A stretch of 64,000 nucleotides of DNA, from the NCBI GenBank assembly GCA_035911175.1, contig JAMHWA010000067.1:22784-86783 (forward strand), read 5' to 3'. Of the stretch, positions 40,314 to 48,135 are shown one piece after another. The stretch is from Alphaproteobacteria bacterium. GTDB lineage: Bacteria; Pseudomonadota; Alphaproteobacteria; Rickettsiales; UBA3002. The notes beneath the pieces are model-generated. The model was not told the DNA's origin. It worked only from the letters and a program-made list of their open reading frames with translations, and made no database searches. Every line of letters begins with the position of its first letter. Position 1 is the stretch's first letter. Made by a program: the position numbers and the translations under genes.

Positions 40314-40673
40314 CTAGTTCTGGACGACGTATGGCAACAAGGCCAAGTTACGTGCGCGTTTGATGGCTTGGCTGAGCGCGCGCTGCTTCTTCGCCGAAAC
40401 GGCGGTGATGCGGCTTGGCAAAATTTTGCCACGCTCGGAAATGAAACGGCCGAGCAGTTTCACATCTTTGTAATCCACGGCCGGTGCGTTCGGGCCCGTC
40501 AGCGGGCACGATTTACGACGGCGGAAAAATACTTTACGGCCACCAGCGGCATCGCCTTCAGCGCCTTCACCACGTGGTGCACGGCCTTCGCCGCCACCAA
40601 AACCACCGCTGCGACCTGCGCCGCCGGCTGGACGTTCACTGCGCTCACCGCGCGGTTTGAAACCTGTGTTCAT
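40314..40673 (-). CDS. rpsR: 30S ribosomal protein S18 with a Gly/Arg-rich N-terminal extension of about 45 aa
   Basis: Core [10 protein letters not shown]...[24 protein letters not shown]...[31 protein letters not shown] before the ATG at 40673. I found no in-frame ATG, GTG or TTG between the ATG at 40673 and the conserved core. Confidence 0.9.
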   Translation of the reverse strand: MNTGFKPRGERSERPAGGAGRSGGFGGGEGRAPRGEGAEGDAAGGRKVFFRRRKSCPLTGPNAPAVDYKDVKLLGRFISERGKILPSRITAVSAKKQRALSQAIKRARNLALLPYVVQN

Positions 40674-40684
40674 GTTCTCTCTCC

Positions 40685-41035
40685 TTACGCTGCTGCGTCG
40701 TAGCTATCACCGGATTTGCTTTGCAGCATCACCGATGGGGTTGCATCCATGCTGTCTACGCGAACGGTCAACGTGCGGATGATATCCTCGTTGATGCCCA
40801 TGTTGCGCTCAAGCTCTTTCAGGGTTGCGGCCGAAGCCTCAATCCCGAGCATGGTGTAGTGACCCTTGCTCATTTTGTTGATTTTGTAAGCCAGCGTGCG
40901 CAGGCCCCAATATTCCGATTTAATGATCGAACCCTTACCATCGGCAACGATTTTGCTCAGTGTATCGGTGAGTTTTTGTACGTCGGCCTTCGAAAAATCG
41001 GGGCGCGTGACGAAATTGCATTCGTAAAATGCCAT
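40685..41035 (-). CDS. rpsF: 30S ribosomal protein S6
   Basis: [22 protein letters not shown]...[22 protein letters not shown] before the ATG at 41035. Confidence 0.92.
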   Translation of the reverse strand: MAFYECNFVTRPDFSKADVQKLTDTLSKIVADGKGSIIKSEYWGLRTLAYKINKMSKGHYTMLGIEASAATLKELERNMGINEDIIRTLTVRVDSMDATPSVMLQSKSGDSYDAAA

Positions 41036-41133
41036 AGTACTTCTCCCATTAACGGCTGCGGTCGATTTGGCCACCCCATGTGACCCTACCCCAACAACCT
41101 ATGAATTAAGGTTCCCCCATCGAGGGAGCGGGG

Positions 41134-41162
41134 CTTATAGGGGGTGGGGGGCGGTTTGGCAA
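41134..41162 (-). promoter_or_regulatory. Candidate sigma70-type promoter of the rpsF-rpsR-rplI operon
   Basis: Minus strand reads TTGCCA (41162-41157), 17-nt spacer, TATAAG (41139-41134), about 100 nt upstream of rpsF. Confidence 0.4.
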
Positions 41163-41168
41163 GCAATA

Positions 41169-41186
41169 TTGTCATCAAACTGTCAT
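41169..41186 (+). promoter_or_regulatory. Pho-box-like tandem direct repeat (site c)
   Basis: TTGTCAT-CAAA-CTGTCAT, about 100 nt upstream of ORF 41288. No convincing -10 at the 21-22 nt spacing seen at the other sites. Confidence 0.45.
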
Positions 41187-41287
41187 GCCCCATTAAGCAA
41201 ATCTTAGGTTTTTGAGGCCAATACTGAACTTATCGGCTCATTTCGGGCCGGTAATATGTAAAAAACTTTAAAAACTAGGAGCAAACC

Positions 41288-42001
41288 ATGACGAATTCCG
41301 ATGATACCCTTGTGCTGCCTGCAACCCAACCAACGCCGCCAACATCGGCAACGGTTATGAACCAGATTGTTGTTATTGCACCGCCGGTTGCTGCACCAGC
41401 ACCAAAGATGAAAGCAGCAGCAACAAAAAAACCGCCCGTCAACGCTAAACCCTTCTCGGACTCCGGCTACTACATACCTACCCTTCCTACTCCGATTGCT
41501 GACATTAAAACCGAATACCAAACAGATGCCGTTACGGGTGCGCGCTCAAGCATCTATAAAGATGGTAGCGGGAACCAAGCCGTGTTTATTGCCGACCCTT
41601 CGGACCACAATAAAGTCACTTTAAAAATCAAAACCAAAGATGGCGACGAACTGATTACCTACGGCCATGAACGTGGGTTTGATGCAAGAGTAAAAAATAC
41701 AGTTCAGGAAGCCAGCCCATTCCCGATAGTGCGCGACACCCTGACTTGTGGCACCAAGAAAGCAGACATCACCACCAACCAAGCGGAATCGGCTACACGC
41801 GACAAGTTGCAACAGTTTGCCCAAGCACACCCCGACCTAGCGCGTGCGCTGAAAGGTGTGGATCTGCCAGTGACTGTCGCAGGTGCACTGCCCATCAACT
41901 TTAAGCAAGCGGTCGAAAAACCCAGTGAATATAGAGCTTGTCCTAACAATGATTCAGGCATTGTGCTCGAGCGACTCACGGAGAAGTCGGCCACACGTTA
42001 A
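41288..42001 (+). CDS. Orphan 237-aa protein (Pro/Ala-rich N-terminus)
   Basis: AGGAGCAAACC-ATG SD. No recognisable domain, signal peptide or TM segment. Confidence 0.6.
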   Translation: MTNSDDTLVLPATQPTPPTSATVMNQIVVIAPPVAAPAPKMKAAATKKPPVNAKPFSDSGYYIPTLPTPIADIKTEYQTDAVTGARSSIYKDGSGNQAVFIADPSDHNKVTLKIKTKDGDELITYGHERGFDARVKNTVQEASPFPIVRDTLTCGTKKADITTNQAESATRDKLQQFAQAHPDLARALKGVDLPVTVAGALPINFKQAVEKPSEYRACPNNDSGIVLERLTEKSATR

Positions 42002-42038
42002 CACCCACACTAGCGGGACGGCTGCTTAATAACGCCAA

Positions 42039-42080
42039 GGCGAGTTTTGGTTGGGGAACGTTCCCTTTCCAAGGCTCGCC
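42039..42080 (+). terminator. Long imperfect hairpin after ORF 41288-42001 (terminator-like, no clear U tract)
   Basis: GGCGAG..TTGG..GGGAAC|GTTCCC..CCAA..CTCGCC. The centre is a perfect 12-nt palindrome, GGGAACGTTCCC (42054-42065). Confidence 0.35.
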
Positions 42081-42168
42081 GTTGAAAAGCATGGGTTTAT
42101 CGCCTTAATGTTTTCTTAAGCTTTTTTTGTCACAATGTCTTATTGAACAACGAGATAACGAGGTTTTT

Positions 42169-42804
42169 ATGGCTGACGTGATAAAAGTGGGGCCCAACGG
42201 CGTTCAAATCCCCGGCGGTTTTGGCGGGTTAGGTGGGTTAATTGACGCCGCCAAAGGGTTGATGAATAGAAAGACCGAGCCCTCCTCGCAAGCACCCGAG
42301 GCGGCCGATACGACTATTTACTTCAATCAACAAAGTGGGAACGCAGCCATCCTTGAAGGCTACATGAAAAAAAATGGGATCAAGCGCGATCCAGATGGCA
42401 AGCTAACCTTAAGCGAAGCAAAGGCGTTTAAGGCGCACATCGATAAAAAGCTCGGTGAAATTAGTAACGATGTGATCGTCACGGCCGAGGGCATCACATT
42501 GAACGCAGTGGCCGTCAATGCCCTTGGCCTCAAATTCAAAGGTGATGCCCAGCCTGCCGCCCCTGCCCAAGCCGCTAGCAAACCTGCGCCTGCTCAAGCT
42601 GGCGCAGCTGAACCAACAGGGGAAGCTGCCAAACTAGAGAAGCTAGCAAAAGAAGGTGGCTTCATGGAAAAAATTTCTGCGCAAGCGAAACTAGACTTTA
42701 TCTGTCTGGCTCAGGGTGAGAAATCCGAACACTACGACTCTGGGGTTTGCACACGCGTTAAGGCGGATGCCGCAACGCGTGGCAATAAGGGACGCGAGCA
42801 GTAG
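42169..42804 (+). CDS. Orphan 211-aa protein
   Basis: ATG at 42169 with GAGG 8 nt upstream. Gly-rich N-terminus (GGFGGLGGL) and an Ala/Pro-rich linker. No recognisable domain. Confidence 0.6.
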   Translation: MADVIKVGPNGVQIPGGFGGLGGLIDAAKGLMNRKTEPSSQAPEAADTTIYFNQQSGNAAILEGYMKKNGIKRDPDGKLTLSEAKAFKAHIDKKLGEISNDVIVTAEGITLNAVAVNALGLKFKGDAQPAAPAQAASKPAPAQAGAAEPTGEAAKLEKLAKEGGFMEKISAQAKLDFICLAQGEKSEHYDSGVCTRVKADAATRGNKGREQ

Positions 42805-42913
42805 TTACCATAATGGTGGTTGCGGGTAGTCACTAAACTTCCTGTGCGCGCCTCTTGAAGAAGGCAGCCACGCGAAAACCCCTTGCCCTAGGCAGAGTAA
42901 ATCCACTAAACAA

Positions 42914-42945
42914 CGCCCCACTGCAACGAACAATGGGGCGTTTTT
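42914..42945 (+). terminator. Rho-independent terminator directly abutting the fabD start codon
   Basis: CGCCCCA-N13-TGGGGCG followed by TTTTT, then immediately the ATG at 42946. Confidence 0.6.
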
Positions 42946-43896
42946 ATGACCACCGCACTTGTATTTCCTGGCCAAGGTTCTCAAGCCATCGGCATGGGGC
43001 AAACCCTAGCTAGCGCCTTCCCTGAGGCGCGCGAAGTGTTCGAGGCTGTCGATGACGCCCTGTCCTTCAACCTCTCGGGCTTGATGAAAGACGGCCCCGA
43101 TGCCGACCTTACCGCTACCCAAAACGCCCAGCCTGCTATCATGGCAGTGTCGCTCGCTGCATTTCGGGTGATGGAAAAACAGCTGGGCTTCGCATTGCCT
43201 GCGGGCGCAGCTTGCGTAGCGGGGCATTCCCTTGGTGAATATTCCGCACTCACCGCGGCGGGCTCCCTCACGATTGCCGAGGCAGCGCGCCTGCTGCGCA
43301 CCCGTGGCAACGCCATGCAAGCAGCCGTGCCTGCTGGACGCGGCGGCATGGTTGCCGTCATTGGGCCCGAGCTTGAGGCCGTTGAAGCCATCGTCATCGA
43401 AGCGCGCAACCGCGCGGGCGGCGAAATCATTGAAATCGCGAACCACAACTCCACCAACCAGATTGTGCTTTCAGGTTCCGCACGCGGCATGGAAGTAGCG
43501 ATCGAAGTGGCCAAAGAAAAAGGCGCGAAGCGCGCCCTGCCCCTCTCGGTTTCTGCACCCTTCCATTGCAGCCTGATGGCGCCTGCCGCGCTCGTCATGC
43601 AAGAGGCACTCGCAGGCGCCGACCTTAAAGCGCCACTGGTTCCACTGATTGCTAACGTGACGGCCGAGCGCGTGAGCGACCCTGCCTTCATCAAGGAGCT
43701 GCTGGTGCAGCAAGTCACGGGCATGGTGCGCTGGGTGGATAGTGTCGAGCGCATGCAGCGCCTCGGTGTCACCCGCATCATCGAGATCGGCCACGGCAAT
43801 GTCCTCGCCGGCCTCATCAAACGCATCGCGCCAGAAATTACGGTCGTCAATATTAGCGGGCCAGAGGATGTGGAGAGCTACAGCAAGGCGGCTTAG
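42946..43896 (+). CDS. fabD: Malonyl CoA-ACP transacylase
   Basis: FPGQGSQAIGMG...active site GHSLGEYSAL. Confidence 0.93.
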   Translation: MTTALVFPGQGSQAIGMGQTLASAFPEAREVFEAVDDALSFNLSGLMKDGPDADLTATQNAQPAIMAVSLAAFRVMEKQLGFALPAGAACVAGHSLGEYSALTAAGSLTIAEAARLLRTRGNAMQAAVPAGRGGMVAVIGPELEAVEAIVIEARNRAGGEIIEIANHNSTNQIVLSGSARGMEVAIEVAKEKGAKRALPLSVSAPFHCSLMAPAALVMQEALAGADLKAPLVPLIANVTAERVSDPAFIKELLVQQVTGMVRWVDSVERMQRLGVTRIIEIGHGNVLAGLIKRIAPEITVVNISGPEDVESYSKAA

Positions 43897-43912
43897 GAAT
43901 TTGGAACACACC

Positions 43913-44623
43913 ATGACGCAATCAGAAAGCAACATAAAGATTATTGAAGAGTGGCTTAGCCTCTTAAATCAAACCCAATTTTATGATGATACGCTAACTG
44001 AGTTAATAAAAAAATTTCCAGACCACAATGAGAACTCCAAGGCTTCCATTGGTATAAAAGTCGCCACCATTGATAGCCTAATGAAAACTAGGCTTTCGCT
44101 TTCTCAAAAGGCTGATCAAATTGAAGCGATGATCAATAAAATTGCCTGCTTAAAGAACCTCGACGATTGGATAAAAAATGGCTCTGCAGAAGCTGTGGAC
44201 GCAATAGCAAAAGCAAGCGACAGCACCAATAGAAACTTATCATTCGCAACAAAGTACTGTTACTGGCATAGCTTTTCCACCGAGGGTGTTGGACAGGAGA
44301 AATTTGTCATTTTCGATAACAATGTATTCAAAACATTGAACGCGTTTCAGCATAATGATGGTTTTTTGAATAACGCCCCTGAGCTTCTGAAAGAACCATC
44401 AAAAAAGCAAAGAAAGAACAGGCAGCACCAAGACATCAAGAATCAACTGACCTACCAAGAATACTTGGATGTATTCACAAAGTTCATAACTGCATATGGC
44501 CTAAAAGGTGTTTCCAGCCGATGCATAGAACTTGCGCTATATCAATGCTATAGATTGAATGGCAACAGTGGAATACGTCAATACAGGCAGTATTTAAAAT
44601 CTACACTAAGCCCCATAAACTAG
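43913..44623 (+). CDS. Orphan 236-aa protein encoded on an AT-rich insert between fabD and fabG
   Basis: Clean ORF, Lys/Asn/Ile-rich, visibly much lower GC than the flanks. No domain I can name. Confidence 0.65.
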   Translation: MTQSESNIKIIEEWLSLLNQTQFYDDTLTELIKKFPDHNENSKASIGIKVATIDSLMKTRLSLSQKADQIEAMINKIACLKNLDDWIKNGSAEAVDAIAKASDSTNRNLSFATKYCYWHSFSTEGVGQEKFVIFDNNVFKTLNAFQHNDGFLNNAPELLKEPSKKQRKNRQHQDIKNQLTYQEYLDVFTKFITAYGLKGVSSRCIELALYQCYRLNGNSGIRQYRQYLKSTLSPIN

Positions 44624-44632
44624 GAGAACACC

Positions 44633-45367
44633 ATGAACCTATCAGGCAAAAAAGCACTCATCACTGGCGCAAGCGGTGGCATTGGCGGCGCCATCGCCAA
44701 AGCACTGGTGGCGGCGGGCGCCAGCGTTGCCATCTCGGGCACGCGGGTGGAGGCGCTGGAGGCGCTCAATGCGGAGCTCGGCGGCGTCGCGAAAATCCTG
44801 CCATGCAATTTGACGGATGCTGCGGCGGTGGATGCCCTGCCCGCTGCTGCCGAGGCGGCGCTCGGCGGCCTCGATATTCTCGTGTGCAACGCGGGCGTGA
44901 CCAAGGACGGTTTGGCGATGCGCATGAAAGATGAAGATTTCGATTCGGTGATTGCCATCAATCTGCGCTCCACCTTTCAGCTCAACCGCGCGGTGCTCAA
45001 GCCCTTCATGAAACAGCGTAGCGGCCGGATCATTAACATTGCTTCCGTTGTCGCTGTCATGGGCAATCCGGGCCAAGCAAACTATTGTGCATCCAAAGCG
45101 GGTATGATCGGTATGAGCAAATCCCTCGCGCAGGAAGTGGGCTCGCGCGGCATCACCGTCAACTGCGTTGCTCCGGGCTTCATCAAAACGGCGATGACAG
45201 ACAAACTGAACGAGGAACAGGCCAAACGCATTACCGACAACATTCCTGCCAATCGCTTCGGCCTTCCCGAGGATGTGGCTGCTGGCGTGGTCTATTTGGC
45301 GTCCGATGGTGCAAGTTATGTCACTGGCCAAACGCTACATATTAACGGCGGCCTGTTAATGGTGTAA
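44633..45367 (+). CDS. fabG: 3-oxoacyl-ACP reductase
   Basis: SDR motifs TGASGGIGGAIA, NAG, and YCASKAG (catalytic Y-x3-K). Confidence 0.95.
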   Translation: MNLSGKKALITGASGGIGGAIAKALVAAGASVAISGTRVEALEALNAELGGVAKILPCNLTDAAAVDALPAAAEAALGGLDILVCNAGVTKDGLAMRMKDEDFDSVIAINLRSTFQLNRAVLKPFMKQRSGRIINIASVVAVMGNPGQANYCASKAGMIGMSKSLAQEVGSRGITVNCVAPGFIKTAMTDKLNEEQAKRITDNIPANRFGLPEDVAAGVVYLASDGASYVTGQTLHINGGLLMV

Positions 45368-45481
45368 TTTTTCCTAGCCAATTGCGTTTTGGGTATGATA
45401 AAGCCGCAAAACGTTCCCGCGCTGGGGGCAAAAACTGAAAAACAAACCAGCGTGTCGATTTAACAAAACCATGAGGATACC

Positions 45482-45718
45482 ATGTCTGATATTGCACCAC
45501 GCGTTAAAAAGATTGTTGTTGAACATCTCGGCGTTGAGGAAGCAAAAGTAACGCTCGAAGCTAACTTCATCGATGATCTGGGCGCTGATTCGCTCGACAC
45601 GGTAGAGTTGGTAATGGCGTTCGAAGAAGAATTCGGCGTTGAAATCCCCGATGACGCAGCGGAAAAAATTCAAACCGTTGCGAACGCGATCGATTTCATC
45701 GAGAAGAACGCAGCGTAA
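45482..45718 (+). CDS. acpP: Acyl carrier protein
   Basis: 78 aa with [21 protein letters not shown] (phosphopantetheine Ser). Confidence 0.97.
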   Translation: MSDIAPRVKKIVVEHLGVEEAKVTLEANFIDDLGADSLDTVELVMAFEEEFGVEIPDDAAEKIQTVANAIDFIEKNAA

Positions 45719-45745
45719 CGCTGATTTGATTTGATTATGATAGGT

Positions 45746-45790
45746 GCAAAGCAATCCACTTTAATCAAGTTGGGTTGCTTTGCTATTTTA
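45746..45790 (+). terminator. Hairpin/attenuator between acpP and fabF
   Basis: GCAAAGCAATCC-N14-GGGTTGCTTTGC followed by TATTTTA. Confidence 0.45.
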
Positions 45791-45801
45791 AGGAGTAGGC
45801 C

Positions 45802-47061
45802 ATGAACCGCCGCGTAGTAGTAACTGGAATGGGCTTAGTGACACCACTAGGTGTGGGCGTCGACCATGTATGGAAGCGTCTGATTGCAGGCGATTCGGGT
45901 ATCAGCACCATCACCGCGTTCGATGCGAGCGACATGAAAACTAAAATCGCGGGTCAAGTGCCGCGCGGTACAGGTGCGGGTGAACTGAACCTCGATAATT
46001 ATATCGAGCCGAAAGAACAAAAGAAAATGGATCACTTTATCCATTTCGCCATGGCCGCAGCAGATGAGGCAATCAAGCAATCGGGCATCGATCTATCGAC
46101 CGAAGAAAAACGCGTGCGCGCGGGCACCATGATTGGTTCGGGCATCGGTGGCCTTCAAGCCATCGAGGAAACCGTGCTGATGATGAAAGAGCGTGGCCCA
46201 AGCCGCGTTTCGCCGTTCTTCATTCCAGCCTGCCTCATCAACCTCACCTCGGGTCAGGTCTCCATCAAACATGGCCTCAAAGGCCCCAACCACTCCGTCG
46301 TCACTGCATGCAGCACAGGCGCCCACGCCATTGGTGATGCCGCTAAAATCATCGCTCGTGGCGATGCGGATGTGATGGTCGCAGGTTCTTCCGAAGCTGC
46401 CATCTGCCGCGTTGGCATGGCGGGCTTCTCGGCCGCGCGTGCGCTTTCAAGCGCTTATAACGAAACCCCCACCAAAGCCTCGCGCCCGTGGGATATTGGC
46501 CGCGATGGATTCGTCATGGGCGAAGGCGCAGGCATTGTGGTGCTCGAGGAATACGAGCACGCCAAAGCGCGCGGCGCGACGATCTATGCTGAATTCGGCG
46601 GCTACGGCATGAGCGGTGACGCCTACCACATCACGTCCCCCAGCGAAGACGGCGATGGCGGTTTCCGCTCCATGCAAATGGCGCTGAACGATGCAGGGTT
46701 GAAGCCTGCCGATATTGGCTACATCAATGCCCACGGCACCAGCACCCCTAAAGGCGATGAGATCGAAGCCGGCGCAGTACGCCGCCTGTTCGACGGCGCC
46801 GACGTTTCGATGTCTTCCACCAAATCGGCGATTGGCCATTTGCTCGGTGGTGCAGGTTCGGTAGAGGCGATTTTTGCGGTGCTTGCCATGGTGCATGGCG
46901 TATTGCCACCGACGCTGAACCTCGAAACTCCATCGGAGTCAGTCGCAGGCATGGATCTAGTTCCTCTGAAAGCCAAACAAAAGCAAGTGAATGCTATCCT
47001 CAGCAACAGCTTTGGCTTCGGCGGCACCAACGCCAGCTTGGTCTTTAAAAAAGCGAGCTAA
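45802..47061 (+). CDS. fabF: Beta-ketoacyl-ACP synthase II
   Basis: RRVVVTGMG..., active-site Cys context VVTACSTGAH, His motifs NAHGTSTP and GHLLGGAG. Confidence 0.95.
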   Translation: MNRRVVVTGMGLVTPLGVGVDHVWKRLIAGDSGISTITAFDASDMKTKIAGQVPRGTGAGELNLDNYIEPKEQKKMDHFIHFAMAAADEAIKQSGIDLSTEEKRVRAGTMIGSGIGGLQAIEETVLMMKERGPSRVSPFFIPACLINLTSGQVSIKHGLKGPNHSVVTACSTGAHAIGDAAKIIARGDADVMVAGSSEAAICRVGMAGFSAARALSSAYNETPTKASRPWDIGRDGFVMGEGAGIVVLEEYEHAKARGATIYAEFGGYGMSGDAYHITSPSEDGDGGFRSMQMALNDAGLKPADIGYINAHGTSTPKGDEIEAGAVRRLFDGADVSMSSTKSAIGHLLGGAGSVEAIFAVLAMVHGVLPPTLNLETPSESVAGMDLVPLKAKQKQVNAILSNSFGFGGTNASLVFKKAS

Positions 47062-47065
47062 ACTT

Positions 47066-48079
47066 CTAGTGATTGAGCGCAATGAGACGTTCGAGCTCGC
47101 GGTAGAGCTCGGCGCCAATGCCTTCGCGCTCTTTAATCTTTTGCGCGAGAACAATCGTCAGTACCTGAACATGCTTCTCAATCACCACCAAATGACGCGG
47201 CGTGGTGGGTTTAAAATTCGTCGTCAGAAACAGGTAAAATAGCCGCGCCACATCGCTCGCCATGCGATAGCCAAACGTGCCCGCACGCGCCTTAATGGAT
47301 AGAGTAGCTTCCTTCAGCGCATCGAATACAGCAAGCGAGTAACCTGTTTTTAGAGCATCATATGCACTCTGAATATGGCCAATATCTTCGCGCAACCATT
47401 CGAGCGAGGCATCCGCCATCGTATCCATTGCCTTTTGCGCCTCTTTAACAATGTCGGGTGTAATAAGCGTCGACAGCGGCTTGTTGCCGCTAATTTGCCG
47501 ACGCAGGCTATAGTCGGGCGCAATAATCACGGGTGGGTGCCCAGGCGCTGCATTAAACACATCGCGCGACGGCAGCGATGCAATCGGCGTCACCGTGCGG
47601 CGATCCTTCATCCCTGGCGGTGGATTGCCGCGACGACGGCGCTCTGGCCCCACAAAGGCACTCGACACAACAAAGGCCCGAGGATTATCAACAATCTGTT
47701 CGATACGGGTATAGAGCGTTTGCGCGGAGAATGGTTTTACAACGAACTCCGTAATGCCGACATCGCGCGCGGCTTCCACATCCGCCAGCTCACCATGTCC
47801 GGTGAGCATAATAATTGGCAGGCCGCGATTAGGCGAATCATCCGAGCGACGCAAATAGCGAACCAACTCGATGCCGCTGGTGCCCTTCATATCCCATTCA
47901 GTGATCAGAAAACCAACAGGCTGGGTACGAATAAAGGTCAGCGCTTCATCGGCCGTGCGCACATGGTGAACGGACTGAAACCCCATTTCGCGCAAGTTAT
48001 GAACCACCGCTTGCGCCAGACACACGTCGGCATCTGCAACCAACACGGGCACACTGCGTATCATGGGTTTTTTACTCAT
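47066..48079 (-). CDS. Atypical receiver (Asp to Glu) fused to an HPt-like domain lacking the His
   Basis: REC aligns without gaps to CheY. FLITEWDMKGTSG matches FVISDWNMPNMDG, putting Glu (codon 47897-47899) at the D57 position. T87 and K109 equivalents are present. C-terminal ATLSIKARAGTFGY matches CheA P1 AAHSIKGGAGTFGF, with Leu (47300-47302) at the His position. Start at the ATG at 48079; the ORF-track start at 48094 is a TTG. Confidence 0.8.
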   Translation of the reverse strand: MSKKPMIRSVPVLVADADVCLAQAVVHNLREMGFQSVHHVRTADEALTFIRTQPVGFLITEWDMKGTSGIELVRYLRRSDDSPNRGLPIIMLTGHGELADVEAARDVGITEFVVKPFSAQTLYTRIEQIVDNPRAFVVSSAFVGPERRRRGNPPPGMKDRRTVTPIASLPSRDVFNAAPGHPPVIIAPDYSLRRQISGNKPLSTLITPDIVKEAQKAMDTMADASLEWLREDIGHIQSAYDALKTGYSLAVFDALKEATLSIKARAGTFGYRMASDVARLFYLFLTTNFKPTTPRHLVVIEKHVQVLTIVLAQKIKEREGIGAELYRELERLIALNH

Positions 48080-48135
48080 AACAAGAACGTCCAAATTTTT
48101 ACAACAGCCGCAGTCAGAGCCCTGCTAGTTTCTGG

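Noticed and set aside
42054-42065. The perfect palindrome GGGAACGTTCCC as a dedicated protein-binding operator.
   Set aside because: It is the centre of a longer imperfect hairpin immediately after a stop codon, so a terminator or RNA-stability hairpin is the simpler reading. Operator function cannot be excluded.
42127-42144. TTGTCAC-AATG-TCTTATT upstream of ORF 42169 as a fifth full box.
   Set aside because: Only the first repeat matches; the second is essentially unrelated. There is no -10 at the characteristic spacing. I kept it only as a half-site remark.
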